A stretch of 64,000 nt of DNA from Candidatus Nitrospinota bacterium M3_3B_026 (GCA_051418015.1 JBPRGF010000019.1:1-64000); one strand, 5' to 3'; counted from the stretch's first letter, positions 1 to 10,774 are shown. Program-made: numbers and translations. Notes: a model not told the origin generated them from the sequence alone.

Positions 1-8
1 TTACCGGA

Positions 9-1296
9 TTTCTAAGCTGCCTATGCGGCAGTCAACGGTGGCTGGCGGCCACCGCGTGGCTGAACTGATTTCTAAGCTGCCTATGCGGCAGTCAACGGAG
101 AGCGTGACTCCGGTAGGCGCACAACTGATTTCTAAGCTGCCTATGCGGCAGTCAACCGTGACTGGCTGCCCCTGGTTCGCGCTCGATTTTTCTAAGCTGC
201 CTATGCGGCAGTCAACTCGTGCTTGTCGCGTAACACATATTACCTCTCTTTCTAAGCTGCCTATGCGGCAGTCAACAGATACTCGGCTGGCTGAACAACG
301 GCGGAACCTTTCTAAGCTGCCTATGCGGCAGTCAACTATGAACCTCTGGCTTTTGCGGAAGGGATAAATTTCTAAGCTGCCTATGCGGCAGTCAACCGGA
401 GGACATGGAGCTCAAGCGGGTCCTGCGCTTTCTAAGCTGCCTATGCGGCAGTCAACGATCCTGCGCCCCACGGGCGGGGCCACGGGGCTTTCTAAGCTGC
501 CTATGCGGCAGTCAACCGATATAGCAAAAGCCCCCCTGATATTTTTCATTTCTAAGCTGCCTATGCGGCAGTCAACCAATGTATTGCAAAAGCAATGGCT
601 TCACAATATTTCTAAGCTGCCTATGCGGCAGTCAACATCTTGCCCCCCCTTATTGCGCTTCCTGTATCTTTCTAAGCTGCCTATGCGGCAGTCAACTCCG
701 TACATCGTCGATCACGACAATATATCCTTTTCTAAGCTGCCTATGCGGCAGTCAACATCACTCACCTCCTTCAGCATTGACACCAACGTTTCTAAGCTGC
801 CTATGCGGCAGTCAACGCTACGGCATATTTATGTATTGATCCAAGGGATTTCTAAGCTGCCTATGCGGCAGTCAACGATAAGCCTGTTGACATACATATT
901 ATATATATTTTCTAAGCTGCCTATGCGGCAGTCAACTACCTTCAGACGACCATTCAACGTTCTGAATTTTTCTAAGCTGCCTATGCGGCAGTCAACCAAT
1001 TTATACTTGTCTGATCGTATTAAATCACTTTCTAAGCTGCCTATGCGGCAGTCAACAAGCTCCGCGTCGCCGGTCTTGAACTGCGCCTTTTCTAAGCTGC
1101 CTATGCGGCAGTCAACTCGTCCGGCGCTGAGAGTGGAGATTCGGTTTTTTTCTAAGCTGCCTATGCGGCAGTCAACACAACGGCTACAACGCGCTATTAT
1201 ATCCAGATTTTCTAAGCTGCCTATGCGGCAGTCAACGCTTTGCGGGAACCGGTACGGCTTCTGCTCGCTTTCTAAGCTGCCTATGCGGCAGTCAAC
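9..1296 (-). CRISPR. Type I-F CRISPR array, 22 identical 28-bp repeats with 21 complete 32-bp spacers; continues beyond the left window edge
   Basis: Repeat TTTCTAAGCTGCCTATGCGGCAGTCAAC recurs every 60 bp. Its reverse complement GTTGACTGCCGCATAGGCAGCTTAGAAA has the I-F CTGCC-N5-GGCAG hairpin. It lies next to cas6f. Confidence 0.99.
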
Positions 1297-1425
1297 TATC
1301 AGGTAAAAAGAATAAAGCATTATTATTTATGTACATGCGCCATTATTCTCTTTTCCCCCCTTATTTATATCCGCAAGATAACCCTTTGTATTAACGTCAT
1401 ATACAAACCGCTTTCAAGGAAGGGT
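1297..1425 (-). promoter_or_regulatory. CRISPR leader (AT-rich, inverted motif ACCCTT/AAGGGT and degenerate IHF-like site)
   Basis: AT-rich spacer between the cas6f stop and the first repeat; ACCCTT at 1381-1386 and AAGGGT at 1420-1425; TAATAATGCTTTA (minus strand) near the repeat resembles WATCAANNNNTTR. Confidence 0.8.
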
Positions 1426-1988
1426 CAAAACCATGGGATGGTGATCGTAGAGCTTAGGCCATATCGACTAAACTCTCCGGAAACTGGATGAGATTGGATT
1501 GGTCCATGCTCAATGAAAAGACGAAAAGCTTGCCCTGTGCTCTTGCTTCTGATGTTTAGAAAAGGCAGGTTCAGCCATTTAGCGGAATTATCCGGAATGG
1601 CCTGGCGAGCTTCTGTCTCGCTGACTCCTTTTCGCTTTACCATACGGCGGCGTAGACGCTCCGGGCTGCTTTTTGCCTGTACCCTGCGGACCACCCTGTG
1701 CCGAGCGTTGGAAGGGATTTTGGACATCTTGTCCACCTTGATGTGATCCTGCATATTCGCAAGCCAGCCTGTCGCCATCAACCGGTTCAGGTCATCAGCT
1801 TCGCCGTGCAGGCGAAGCTGTGAACCAAGCGATGGCTTTTCCTGATCCATATCTGGAAAACTGATCCCCACCTTGCCGCCCATTCCGTTAGTCAAAGCTT
1901 TGTGCAGTTTGCCGAACAGAACGCCCATCAGCGCAGGAGTGGTAAACTCCGGGTCTGGCAGGATCGCTATCTCTATGTAATGATCCAT
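1425..1988 (-). CDS. cas6f: Type I-F CRISPR endoribonuclease Cas6f/Csy4
   Basis: MDHYIEIAILPDPEF, KLHKAL catalytic His, Arg-rich helix, C-terminal FSRYGLS..TIPWF. Confidence 0.97.
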   Translation of the reverse strand: MDHYIEIAILPDPEFTTPALMGVLFGKLHKALTNGMGGKVGISFPDMDQEKPSLGSQLRLHGEADDLNRLMATGWLANMQDHIKVDKMSKIPSNARHRVVRRVQAKSSPERLRRRMVKRKGVSETEARQAIPDNSAKWLNLPFLNIRSKSTGQAFRLFIEHGPIQSHPVSGEFSRYGLSSTITIPWF

Positions 1989-1991
1989 GGC

Positions 1992-3038
1992 TCACTCTCC
2001 CTTCTCGCCGAACACTCCACCTCGGATCAAGTTGGCGATGACATAGTGTTGCTGCTCCGGGTCCGGCGTTTTGTCACGCAATACCCACCCATCGAGGAGG
2101 GTGTAAAAATCCATTTTGTCTCTAGGCTGGCGATAGGCCCGCCCCTGCGACGTAACCGAACCGTACGGCTCCACAGCTATGGGGCCGAGGCCTTCATCAT
2201 CAGAATTTGGATACCATGTGTCGATTGTTCGCAGAGCATTGCCGATTTTCTGCGAATGCATAGCAGCCACTTCATCAACAGCGTACAGGGTTTTGCTTTT
2301 CCCTCCTTTGTTTGATCCTTTGTCGAGGATTAATTCCTGAGAGGGGAAAACCTCCTGGCCGTTTCCCATACGTGCGTAGGCGGTGACCTCCAATAATACG
2401 TAGCCATCGCCGGCAAGGCCCCCTCTGATGACATCGGCGAGTTTTTTGATATCCGATTCATCTATTTTTTCGAAATTGCGTAGCGAGTAGTCATGTCCGT
2501 TGAAAACCCACTCAATCACAGCGTCCCCTTCCTTTATCTGACGTACATGGACCTCCACCTGCTCGGAGCTCAGGCGGTTGCGCCACAGGAAGCGTCCGCT
2601 GGCGAGGTTGCAGGCGTAGCGCATAGCCAGTTCACGAAAACCGTGAGTCCCCACGTAACCGTTCACCGTTTCCCGCAACTTTTTCTGGTAGTCGGCGTTA
2701 TTGCAGGCGGAGGGGACGCCTGCGCCGCCAAGCACGCGCAAGGTAAAACGAACCCGGAGAGTATCAGAGTTATCCGGCAGAGTGACGACATCAACTGTCT
2801 GAAGATTCGGCGCCTGGATTTTGGCGTCCAGCTTGGCCGGATCCTGCTCCTTAGTTTTCAGGCGATTAGAAATGGTACCCCGCACAGATTTTTCCCGCAC
2901 GGCTACACCGGCCCACTTATCCTCACGGCCCCGCTCGTCCCAGCGGCCGGAGGAAAAAATGGCATCGGAAGGATCCAGCTTTCTCTCGAAAGCCAGAACG
3001 GATGCGGTGCTCAGTTTATTTGAATCTTTTTTCGTCAT
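1992..3038 (-). CDS. cas7f: Type I-F Cas7f/Csy3
   Basis: [45 protein letters not shown] motifs. Confidence 0.97.
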   Translation of the reverse strand: MTKKDSNKLSTASVLAFERKLDPSDAIFSSGRWDERGREDKWAGVAVREKSVRGTISNRLKTKEQDPAKLDAKIQAPNLQTVDVVTLPDNSDTLRVRFTLRVLGGAGVPSACNNADYQKKLRETVNGYVGTHGFRELAMRYACNLASGRFLWRNRLSSEQVEVHVRQIKEGDAVIEWVFNGHDYSLRNFEKIDESDIKKLADVIRGGLAGDGYVLLEVTAYARMGNGQEVFPSQELILDKGSNKGGKSKTLYAVDEVAAMHSQKIGNALRTIDTWYPNSDDEGLGPIAVEPYGSVTSQGRAYRQPRDKMDFYTLLDGWVLRDKTPDPEQQHYVIANLIRGGVFGEKGE

Positions 3039-3049
3039 GGTTTTTCTCC

Positions 3050-3988
3050 TTATGCATGCGGTTTGTTTTGTTCAACGATATAGAGTCCGGCTTCGGGATC
3101 AGCCCGATGGCGCCAGAGCAATTCCTGTGGACTGCTCAGCCGATGGGGGCTTACCCACTCGCCCAGCGAGCAAAGACTTTCAACGAAACGAAATGGAGTT
3201 TCACTATCGCGAGTGTTTTTCACGATCCCTGGATCGAAAAGCTCCGATATGGCGCCGTAGCCTATAGGCAACGGAACCAGCCATCCGGGGCGCGTCCGGC
3301 TGGAGCGCCAGGTCACTTCTCCTTTTTCGCTTTCCGACGGATCAAGATTGAGACGAACGAGTTCAAGAAGCGCGTCGAGCGAGCTGGCGTCTGGCTGCGT
3401 CTCGCGCATCTCCTCCAGATGTTCGCGGAGCAGATCGTGACGGCTCATCAGGGCAAATCCAGGGAGCAGACGGCGGCGGTACTTACGAAATGCTTTTTCA
3501 TCCCCTTCCATTGTCCCGCTCAGCGCCAGGTAAGTCGGCTTGTAGCGCGAAACTCCAGGCGAAGGGCGTATGCTGCCTCCGGCAAGCCGCATGCCAAGGG
3601 CGAGTTGGTGAAGCTTTTTGGCGAAGGTCTCCCCTTCCCGCTCATCGAGATAGCCCGATACACCGATGATCAGGCTCACCTCCAAGTGGGCACGCCCTTC
3701 TTCCACCGTACCTGGTGGTTTGCCATCTTTACCCATTGGGTGGCGGGCGAGATTGAATCGATACTGATACCCATTAGGTTTACTCACCTGCGGATCGAAA
3801 CGGTGGCAGACGATACCCACACCATCAAGTTGAACACCATCGGCTGCGATGCGGCGAGATAGCGCATGCGCGAAACCGGTAAAGGCGGTTGGCGCTGGAA
3901 AACCCCAGGTAAGCGGTCCGGAAACGGCATTGGCGTTTTCTATCCGCAGTCGCGGAAGGAGGATAAGCCCATTTAGATTTTCAGTCAT
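3050..3988 (-). CDS. cas5f: Type I-F Cas5f/Csy2
   Basis: [39 protein letters not shown] motifs; start taken at ATG 3988 after GGAG. Confidence 0.96.
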   Translation of the reverse strand: MTENLNGLILLPRLRIENANAVSGPLTWGFPAPTAFTGFAHALSRRIAADGVQLDGVGIVCHRFDPQVSKPNGYQYRFNLARHPMGKDGKPPGTVEEGRAHLEVSLIIGVSGYLDEREGETFAKKLHQLALGMRLAGGSIRPSPGVSRYKPTYLALSGTMEGDEKAFRKYRRRLLPGFALMSRHDLLREHLEEMRETQPDASSLDALLELVRLNLDPSESEKGEVTWRSSRTRPGWLVPLPIGYGAISELFDPGIVKNTRDSETPFRFVESLCSLGEWVSPHRLSSPQELLWRHRADPEAGLYIVEQNKPHA

Positions 3989-5318
3989 GGCCAATCTCCA
4001 GTTTAATGTTGTCGAGCCTTTCTTCCAGGGTGTTCTTCCATTCGGCGCTCTCCGCGTCGCCCAGCGGGAGGGACTTGTGGAATCTCAGTTGAGCGTTTAG
4101 CCAGTTTCCGAATCGAGAGGCCACATCATCTTTCCAGTCACCCTGCGCGTATTGCGCGGCGAAAGCCTCATCATCCTTTGCGCGGTCGGGGTCGAGCCAA
4201 AGCGCCTCTGCCGCGACCAGTCGGCATTCGGCTTCAGCGCTCCATCCGGGGGGTAGTTCGGCGAGTTCGCCCGCGAACTGAAATAACTCGTCAACCAGAC
4301 GATCGATCATGCCGGCTCGCGCACGGCGGATATTGATGTTGGTGTAATCGTGCGTCTTGGCGAGGAAATCGGCAAGCGCCTTTATCAATTCACGAACGTT
4401 TGTACGGGCGCCGAACCAGCGCCTGAAAACGGAAGTGGTCCGCAATGGAGGGCGTATTCTCTCACTGCGCCATGTGGGTGGGTAAGAGGGAAGCAACCAG
4501 TTTTCACCATGGCGTTCGCTGTTCAGCTGACTGATATTTTGTGGTTTGGAGCCTCCAAAAATCTGTATGGCAAGGTCTGGATATTCGTGATACCCATCGT
4601 GGAGTTTTCCTTCACGTCTTGCCTGCCGCGCCTTTTTGACGCGTTCTGAAAAACGCTCCTCGCGAAGTCGCTGATACAGACTTTGAACCAGGCTTGTGGG
4701 GAAAAGAGGAGATAACAGGTGGTATTCTCCGTCATGAAGCGGAAAGTAGAGTTGACGGGCATAAATGTGGCTTGATTTTTTAGGATCGTCCTGTGTTATC
4801 TGAGAGAAACTGTCAACCCAACTATTCGATATCTCACTGTCATTGCAAAGCGCATTGACAAGCGCATTGTCTCGTTCACGCACGCGATCCAGAATTGTTC
4901 GCCCATGATGCTCAAGCTTAAGAAACTTGAACACATCCAAAGCCGCCGCATTTCCGACCACATCTGAATTAGCGATGTCGTTGACGGTGTGAGAGCCGAT
5001 AAAAGCAGTTTGCTGATCCATATGACGCGGATAGTCGGCGTAAATATTCGTTCCTCTTGCATCGGGGTGCGAATATTTGATCGCGTGAGTGACCATCTTA
5101 ATTTGCACGACACGTTTTGCAGCGTTGGCCAACCACGTTTCGGATTGATATTCCTGTAATAGTTTTTCTCTCTTATCCTCCAAATCTTTATGTTTGCTCG
5201 GATCATTCTCTGAGGCTATTTTCTTCTCAATTCCCTCCAGTTTTAGAGCTAATCGGTCACCGATGAATTTTTCTATAAGTCCCCTCAGCTCACTCACTTC
5301 TTGACCTGATGAGTCCAT
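3981..5318 (-). CDS. cas8f: Type I-F Cas8f/Csy1
   Basis: THAIKYSHPDARG, DVVGNAAALDV, GGSKPQNISQLNS motifs; start at 5318 after GGAGG. Confidence 0.96.
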   Translation of the reverse strand: MDSSGQEVSELRGLIEKFIGDRLALKLEGIEKKIASENDPSKHKDLEDKREKLLQEYQSETWLANAAKRVVQIKMVTHAIKYSHPDARGTNIYADYPRHMDQQTAFIGSHTVNDIANSDVVGNAAALDVFKFLKLEHHGRTILDRVRERDNALVNALCNDSEISNSWVDSFSQITQDDPKKSSHIYARQLYFPLHDGEYHLLSPLFPTSLVQSLYQRLREERFSERVKKARQARREGKLHDGYHEYPDLAIQIFGGSKPQNISQLNSERHGENWLLPSYPPTWRSERIRPPLRTTSVFRRWFGARTNVRELIKALADFLAKTHDYTNINIRRARAGMIDRLVDELFQFAGELAELPPGWSAEAECRLVAAEALWLDPDRAKDDEAFAAQYAQGDWKDDVASRFGNWLNAQLRFHKSLPLGDAESAEWKNTLEERLDNIKLEIGHD

Positions 5319-5346
5319 GAACATGCCTCCTTTCTTCATATGGAAA

Positions 5347-8300
5347 TTATTCGCGGCGGCTCAGCCCCAGAGCCGGGTGATAATCCCAACCCTGCTCAAC
5401 TCCGCGCTCCGGCAATTCCACTACACCGAATCGCCGGGAACACTCATCCATCGGCATGCCAAGCTCCTCCGCAAGCCGTTGAAGCTGCGCCAGATAATCC
5501 GCTTCGCCCCAGACGCTGACACCGCGGCCAAGTTTCGGCTCCTGTTCGTGCAGCAGATTGCTGACCGGTGTCTGATTTCCGTCACGTTCGATGCGCGTAA
5601 AAACGGCCTGCTCGCTATCCTCGTCATAAAGGAAAACATAATCCTGCCTCCCCATAGGGTCATGCCTGAAACGTTGAATACGTTGCAGTTCGCCGCTCAG
5701 GTGCGCCTTGGTGGTCCACCACCAGTTCACGGGCGGTTTGCGCTGTTGTCCCGATGAGTCACCCAGCATCACGGAGCGCAAGTGATCATGTTCCAGGTCG
5801 ACAAGGTTCATGCGAGGGACCGCTTCAGCGCGCTCCATGATTCTCGGACGGGAGTCGATGGAGGAAAGCTGCTCTTCCGTGAGAATTTCCGAGAGCCGAT
5901 GGCTGTCGAGAGGAAAATATTTATCTTCGAAGCCAGGTTTTGTAAAAGCCGGTGTGGCGCTTCCGTTTTTCATATGTTTTAAATTGGTATCAAGTAGATA
6001 GATGTTTGGAGACTCACAAGGACCAATACGGTGCCGACGCACCCTCCCTGCCAACTGAATTATGGAACGCATGGATGACGGCTCGACTATGGCCCAATCG
6101 TAGTCATGATCTCGTCCTACCTCGGCGACGGCGGTAGCCAGCACAATAATCAGATGATCCTGCTCCTGGTGGCCATCAAGAATAGCCCGAATGTTCTTGT
6201 CATCAAATATGCGATCAGGTACCCGCCTGTCTAAAATATGGTCGAGGCTCCCCTCTATGCTTGCGCGCACAAGCAATGGGTGCTGAGAGTGGTAACAACA
6301 GAAATGCAAGCGATGGCCATCCCGGGTGTCCATAGCTGTAAAAGCTTTGGTGGCTCCCACCAGAGGATTGATATTCGCCATTCGAACAAGGCCGAAACTT
6401 ATCCTCTTACCGCTTTTAGGGTCACAGTTGTGATGCCGCCTGTGAAGGCTATACGCTTGCAAACTGAACTCATTGGCGAATAGTTCATATAGATGCTCAT
6501 TGTCCTTGCCGGTCTCCACCGACAAAGGTAAGATGCGCGCTTTGCGGCGAGTCTCTCCCGCTTTGACCAAGGCCTTTGATCGCTTTTCCACCCACGTTCG
6601 ATGCTGTTTGATAAAGCTTTCGGCAGACTCATGAGCGCCTGACTGAGCGCTAAATTCATCGAACCAAGCGGTACACACACTGAATGGCAGGCCAGGTGTT
6701 CCACGGTTCTGAACATAAACTTTCCTCCCTGCGGCGTAGGCCTCAAACAACCCTTGCACAATCGCCGGGGGCAGTGTGGCGGAGGACAGGAGCACTCTGC
6801 TTCCCAGCAGACCAGCCCAATGAACCAGTCGAGCAAGGGCGGGAAGGTCTTCCACATCAAAATCGTCAGGTTCATCCAGGATCAAATCCGCAGTCATCAA
6901 TCGAAGCATCGGCGCCATCTGGCGCCCGCCGCGCAGGCTCTCGGTTGCGGGAATCAGGTGATCAATGGTGCAGGTTAAAATGGGCGCGCTGACCAATTGG
7001 GACGCTCCACGAGTAGAAGCTAGCCAGGCCGATAGCGGTCCGTCGTCGAGGCTCCCTTCGTAATGTACATAACTGTTGTCCGGCAAGAGGTCTTCGGATG
7101 ACTCCGCTCCGTTGACATCGAACGGTTGTCCGACGTATTTTTGTTTCATATTATGGTTATGTTCGTGCAACTCACGTGTGGCCAACCCTCCGACCATAAT
7201 CGCCAGACCATCCGCTCCCAACCCGAACTCCCGCCGGTATACCTCTCCTGTTTGTAAGGTGAGCATACGCAAACCCAATGCTATGGAAAAACGCGCGCCT
7301 TGTGCCGGATCAGCAAGAGCATACATGATTCGACCGTTGGCGAGTGTCTTGCCGCAGCCGGTGGAAGCCATGTTGACACCAAAAAAACCCTGCTCAAGAG
7401 AGCGTTCACGGAGCGTCACTGCCAAGTCATAGGCCTTGTCCTGCCACCTGAAACGTCTATCACGACTGCGTCCCTTGAATCCCTTGTGACGAGCGACTCG
7501 CGGGAGACGCAGGTCCAAGCGCGAAAGATCGTGAACGATCTTCCCAGTTATTTTTTCAACACCTATCAGGTGCTCATCCAGTCTCTGGTTTAGTTCACCA
7601 GTGTCACGGCGTGTGTTTGCGAAAAGGGGGTAGTCTGTCTCTCCATTCACCCGCTGTTTCGGATCGGTAAGGGACGAGTAATGATGGTCGGCGAGCATCA
7701 GTATCAAGCGTGACATATGGATTACATATGTGTTCTCAACTGGCGACATATCATTGAAAAACGATTTACGCTTCAAAGCTTTTTGAGCCAGCTTTCGCGC
7801 CCGCGCCTTCCATGCAGAGCTTGTAAACGGCACGGCGTGTTCGAACTTCCAGCAATCTTTTATGTCTTTTTGCAATTTTTCAAACTCTTTATCATTCAAC
7901 CCGTCAGCTTTTATATTTGAACCTAGCCATGTTTCATAAATCCCTTCTGGAAGACTGGCGAGCGCAACATTTTGAGGATCATTAGCGCCATAATTTACCG
8001 GCAATCGGTGATGAGACGCGATTAGCCAGCCGATCAGTTTTGCGACTGGTGGCAGCGACTTGAAAGGGCTTGGATGGCCAGTGTGGACACCATCCTTTAG
8101 CAAGTTCTCAAGCCAGCCTAAATCGGAATTTTCCGGAAGCGAAGCCAACCGCTTTAGCCATCCTTGGTCGCCATCTTCGCCGACAAACGCTTCGAGTAAA
8201 CGTAATGATATCCATTCATGACGAAAGGCGTCCGTTGTAGCTTCCCGTTTGAGAAGTTTATTTTGGAAACGTACAATCGCTTTACCGAAGTCGTGAAACA

Positions 8301-8661
8301 GGGCGGCCAGGGCCGCCAGTAACCTGATACACTCGCCAGTATGCCAGTCGTTCTCATCCCCTTTCCGCAAGATGTCCCGACGGGTTGTGTTGGTGGGGAC
8401 CGCTCCTCGTTCATTGAAGCGCGAGGCGTCGTCTACTATCCACAACAGTTCGCTGTGGTTTTTGCCGCGAATCCAATGACATGCTATGGCGCTGTTTTTA
8501 CGAGCGTTTTTTCTCAACATCCGACGCAATGTATCTAACCCTTGCTTAGTGATCGGGGTCTGCCAGGCCCGTTCACCACGACGTTCCGCAAACTGGTCGA
8601 GAATACGCCGAGTTTCTTTCAGTGCGTTTTTGCTGCACTCGGAAATAAGCAAGATGTTCAT
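5347..8661 (-). CDS. cas3f: Type I-F Cas2-Cas3 fusion helicase/nuclease
   Basis: N-terminal Cas2-like MNILLISECSKNAL..RRILDQFAER; HD motif HDFGK; Walker A ASTGCGKT; DEPD; QLAGRVRRH. Confidence 0.97.
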   Translation of the reverse strand: MNILLISECSKNALKETRRILDQFAERRGERAWQTPITKQGLDTLRRMLRKNARKNSAIACHWIRGKNHSELLWIVDDASRFNERGAVPTNTTRRDILRKGDENDWHTGECIRLLAALAALFHDFGKAIVRFQNKLLKREATTDAFRHEWISLRLLEAFVGEDGDQGWLKRLASLPENSDLGWLENLLKDGVHTGHPSPFKSLPPVAKLIGWLIASHHRLPVNYGANDPQNVALASLPEGIYETWLGSNIKADGLNDKEFEKLQKDIKDCWKFEHAVPFTSSAWKARARKLAQKALKRKSFFNDMSPVENTYVIHMSRLILMLADHHYSSLTDPKQRVNGETDYPLFANTRRDTGELNQRLDEHLIGVEKITGKIVHDLSRLDLRLPRVARHKGFKGRSRDRRFRWQDKAYDLAVTLRERSLEQGFFGVNMASTGCGKTLANGRIMYALADPAQGARFSIALGLRMLTLQTGEVYRREFGLGADGLAIMVGGLATRELHEHNHNMKQKYVGQPFDVNGAESSEDLLPDNSYVHYEGSLDDGPLSAWLASTRGASQLVSAPILTCTIDHLIPATESLRGGRQMAPMLRLMTADLILDEPDDFDVEDLPALARLVHWAGLLGSRVLLSSATLPPAIVQGLFEAYAAGRKVYVQNRGTPGLPFSVCTAWFDEFSAQSGAHESAESFIKQHRTWVEKRSKALVKAGETRRKARILPLSVETGKDNEHLYELFANEFSLQAYSLHRRHHNCDPKSGKRISFGLVRMANINPLVGATKAFTAMDTRDGHRLHFCCYHSQHPLLVRASIEGSLDHILDRRVPDRIFDDKNIRAILDGHQEQDHLIIVLATAVAEVGRDHDYDWAIVEPSSMRSIIQLAGRVRRHRIGPCESPNIYLLDTNLKHMKNGSATPAFTKPGFEDKYFPLDSHRLSEILTEEQLSSIDSRPRIMERAEAVPRMNLVDLEHDHLRSVMLGDSSGQQRKPPVNWWWTTKAHLSGELQRIQRFRHDPMGRQDYVFLYDEDSEQAVFTRIERDGNQTPVSNLLHEQEPKLGRGVSVWGEADYLAQLQRLAEELGMPMDECSRRFGVVELPERGVEQGWDYHPALGLSRRE

Positions 8662-9635
8662 TCGACCTGGCTTTCCATTTGAATAGCCACTTCCTTGAGA
8701 GTGTTGATCATGAAATCCAGTGACTCATTAGCCACTAGGCTTTCGATGCAAGCATGTCGAAACTCCTGTTGATCGTCACCGCACATCGCAGAAATAAAAG
8801 CCTGCGGCATTATTACTGCGTCCTTAATCAAGTCTGCGGTATCAAAGACAAGACCACCTCTGCGAGTCTTCCCGTGGAGAACCGCAAGTCCGTGAGGCAA
8901 ACCGAGAACCCATGTAGCTGTCGCGCCAAGCCCGTAGGCCAAATAATTACCGTGGTCGAGAAAACGATTTGCAGGATCGGTTCCTCCGCCACGCTTGGCA
9001 CGCGCGAAATCACCATATCCGACCGCTTGAACGGCCAGACGGAATAGCCGCTTCGTTAGTCTGGCTTCTTCGGCAAGAAGCGAGGCGACATCAGACGCCG
9101 CATCGACGCCTTCATGTGAACGACTCAATTCCAACTCCAGAGACTCAGACTTGACGATGAAACCTGAATCCAGCAAAGTTCGATTGGTTAGCCAGTGATA
9201 ATGGATTCGTTCCAGTCGAATATGTTGCATTACCTGAGCGGCTTTGAGACGAAGTTGATCATTGAACCAGAACCGAACCCAAGCCTGAAGATATTGGGTG
9301 GGCCTATATTCGCTTTGTGGAGAAAACCAGGATATCTCAATATCTATTTCATTAGCGCTAAATAGAGGCGTTCCTCCACCACCACAGAATCCTACCAAAA
9401 CGCCAGCCTTGGCCAGTTCACGCATGGCCGCCTGTGTGATGGATGTCCCAGAGCCAAGCAGAAGTGTTGTTGTGTTTGCTATTGGAATATTCCAATACAA
9501 GGATCGTTTCCCTTCATCCGTAACGTATTCCACACGTCCACCGTTCGCTAAAACCCTGCAATGCTCAAGATAATAGATATTCGCCCTCTTAGAGTGAAGG
9601 ATTGTTTTTAGGTCCGATGGTGATAAATACTCCAC
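8658..9635 (-). CDS. cas1f: Type I-F Cas1
   Basis: ILHSKRAN.YYLEHCRV, YWNIPIANTT, FLDHGNYLAYG, HGKTRRGGLVFD. Confidence 0.98.
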   Translation of the reverse strand: MEYLSPSDLKTILHSKRANIYYLEHCRVLANGGRVEYVTDEGKRSLYWNIPIANTTTLLLGSGTSITQAAMRELAKAGVLVGFCGGGGTPLFSANEIDIEISWFSPQSEYRPTQYLQAWVRFWFNDQLRLKAAQVMQHIRLERIHYHWLTNRTLLDSGFIVKSESLELELSRSHEGVDAASDVASLLAEEARLTKRLFRLAVQAVGYGDFARAKRGGGTDPANRFLDHGNYLAYGLGATATWVLGLPHGLAVLHGKTRRGGLVFDTADLIKDAVIMPQAFISAMCGDDQQEFRHACIESLVANESLDFMINTLKEVAIQMESQVE

Positions 9636-9706
9636 AATCGCCTCCCCCCATATAAATTGTTCTACTGTTATTCACGAATCGAATCCCCCATACCCATACC
9701 AAACCA

Positions 9707-9729
9707 GGCGCCTCAAAACGTGAGCCTGC
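9707..9729. promoter_or_regulatory. Palindromic operator-like site upstream of cas1 (GGCGCCTCA-AAACG-TGAGCCTGC)
   Basis: First 18 nt are identical to the reverse complement of the site at 10775-10797. Confidence 0.65.
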
Positions 9730-9740
9730 TAAAATATGGA

Positions 9741-10706
9741 CTAGCGATATTGCGAAGACGCCTTGGATAGCCGTTCAATAACAAGCATTTTAAGTTCCGG
9801 AGGGCCTATCACTTTTACGTCTTCACCGTGCTTTAAAATGTCTTGTACAAGCTCGCGTGGGTCTGAATATGGAATTTTCAGTTCAAGGCGTTCGTCACTC
9901 CAGGCCATCTCCTGCTCAGGATGCCAGCGCTCGGTGGCCACCCATGGAGACACGTTCTCCGAGAATCGCAGGTGGGCGACGCCCTTCGGTTTCCCGGCGA
10001 ATATGCCATAGGATCGTGCGAAGTATTCATCGAGAGCTTTGCCGGAAACGTTTTTCGTCTTCCTGGCGGAAACTCGCGCTACGCGAATGCGATCCATCGA
10101 AAAGGTCCGCAATCCATCTCGCAGATGACACCACCCGTCCAGATACCAGTTGTCACGGTAATAGACCAGTCTCTGGGGCGAGACCTCTCTTTCCGTCATT
10201 TGACCTCTCTCCCGCCCATGATGAAAAATATTCACCCTGCGCCGCTGCGCCGTGGCCTCGGCGATAACCTGGAAAACGCCCTCCGGCGGCGTCCTGTATG
10301 TCATGCGAAGAATTTTTATCCTCTTCGACACATCGCCGGTCGCCAATTGCTTGATGGAGAGAATTTCATCGATCCTGTCCCGTAGCGGTTTTATATGTTG
10401 ATCCAGTAATCCCGGCTCGACATTTTTCAACAACTCCTGGCAGGCAAGCAGCGCGTGAATCTCCGAAGCGTTGAACCAGAGGCCGGGAAGCTCGTATGGA
10501 TGCTCTCCTGAATCGGCGTAGTAATACCCGTTACGCTCGCGGTCGTACACGATGGGCGCGCATAAAAAATCCCGCATATCCTCGACAATGCGGGTGAACG
10601 TGGCCCGGGAACACTCCAGCCGCTCCTGGATGGCCTTGCGCGACACTGGGTAGCGTGAGTCTCTCAATATCCTGTGCAGGGCATAAATACGGTCGAAGCG
10701 GTTCAT
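9741..10706 (-). CDS. wHTH-WYL-WCX transcriptional regulator (YafY/PafC/DriD/BrxR-like)
   Basis: N-terminal HTH (RLECSRATFTRIVEDMRD); REVSPQRLVYYRDNWYLDGWCHLRDGLRTFSMDRI WYL motif; C-terminal VKVIGPPEL. Confidence 0.93.
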   Translation of the reverse strand: MNRFDRIYALHRILRDSRYPVSRKAIQERLECSRATFTRIVEDMRDFLCAPIVYDRERNGYYYADSGEHPYELPGLWFNASEIHALLACQELLKNVEPGLLDQHIKPLRDRIDEILSIKQLATGDVSKRIKILRMTYRTPPEGVFQVIAEATAQRRRVNIFHHGRERGQMTEREVSPQRLVYYRDNWYLDGWCHLRDGLRTFSMDRIRVARVSARKTKNVSGKALDEYFARSYGIFAGKPKGVAHLRFSENVSPWVATERWHPEQEMAWSDERLELKIPYSDPRELVQDILKHGEDVKVIGPPELKMLVIERLSKASSQYR

Positions 10707-10774
10707 GGTCTCCTCGTCAGAATATTCACCCCGAGGGTATCATATCTTTTGAACCCCTCGATTTCCATTTTTCC

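Noticed and set aside
37..1268. Self-targeting spacers within the window
   Set aside because: No full match seen by eye; only an 11-nt overlap of spacer 637-668 with the leader (CCCCCCTTATT) and a shared AACTGA end in the first two spacers, both compatible with chance
23..1320. Repetitive ORFs (SKLPMRQST / VDCRIGSLE) as protein-coding genes
   Set aside because: They are translations of the 60-bp-period CRISPR array; only the stop-codon scarcity is kept as a finding
5319..5346. CreTA-like mini-array or anti-CRISPR gene between cas genes
   Set aside because: Intergenic gaps are too short and contain no repeat-like sequence
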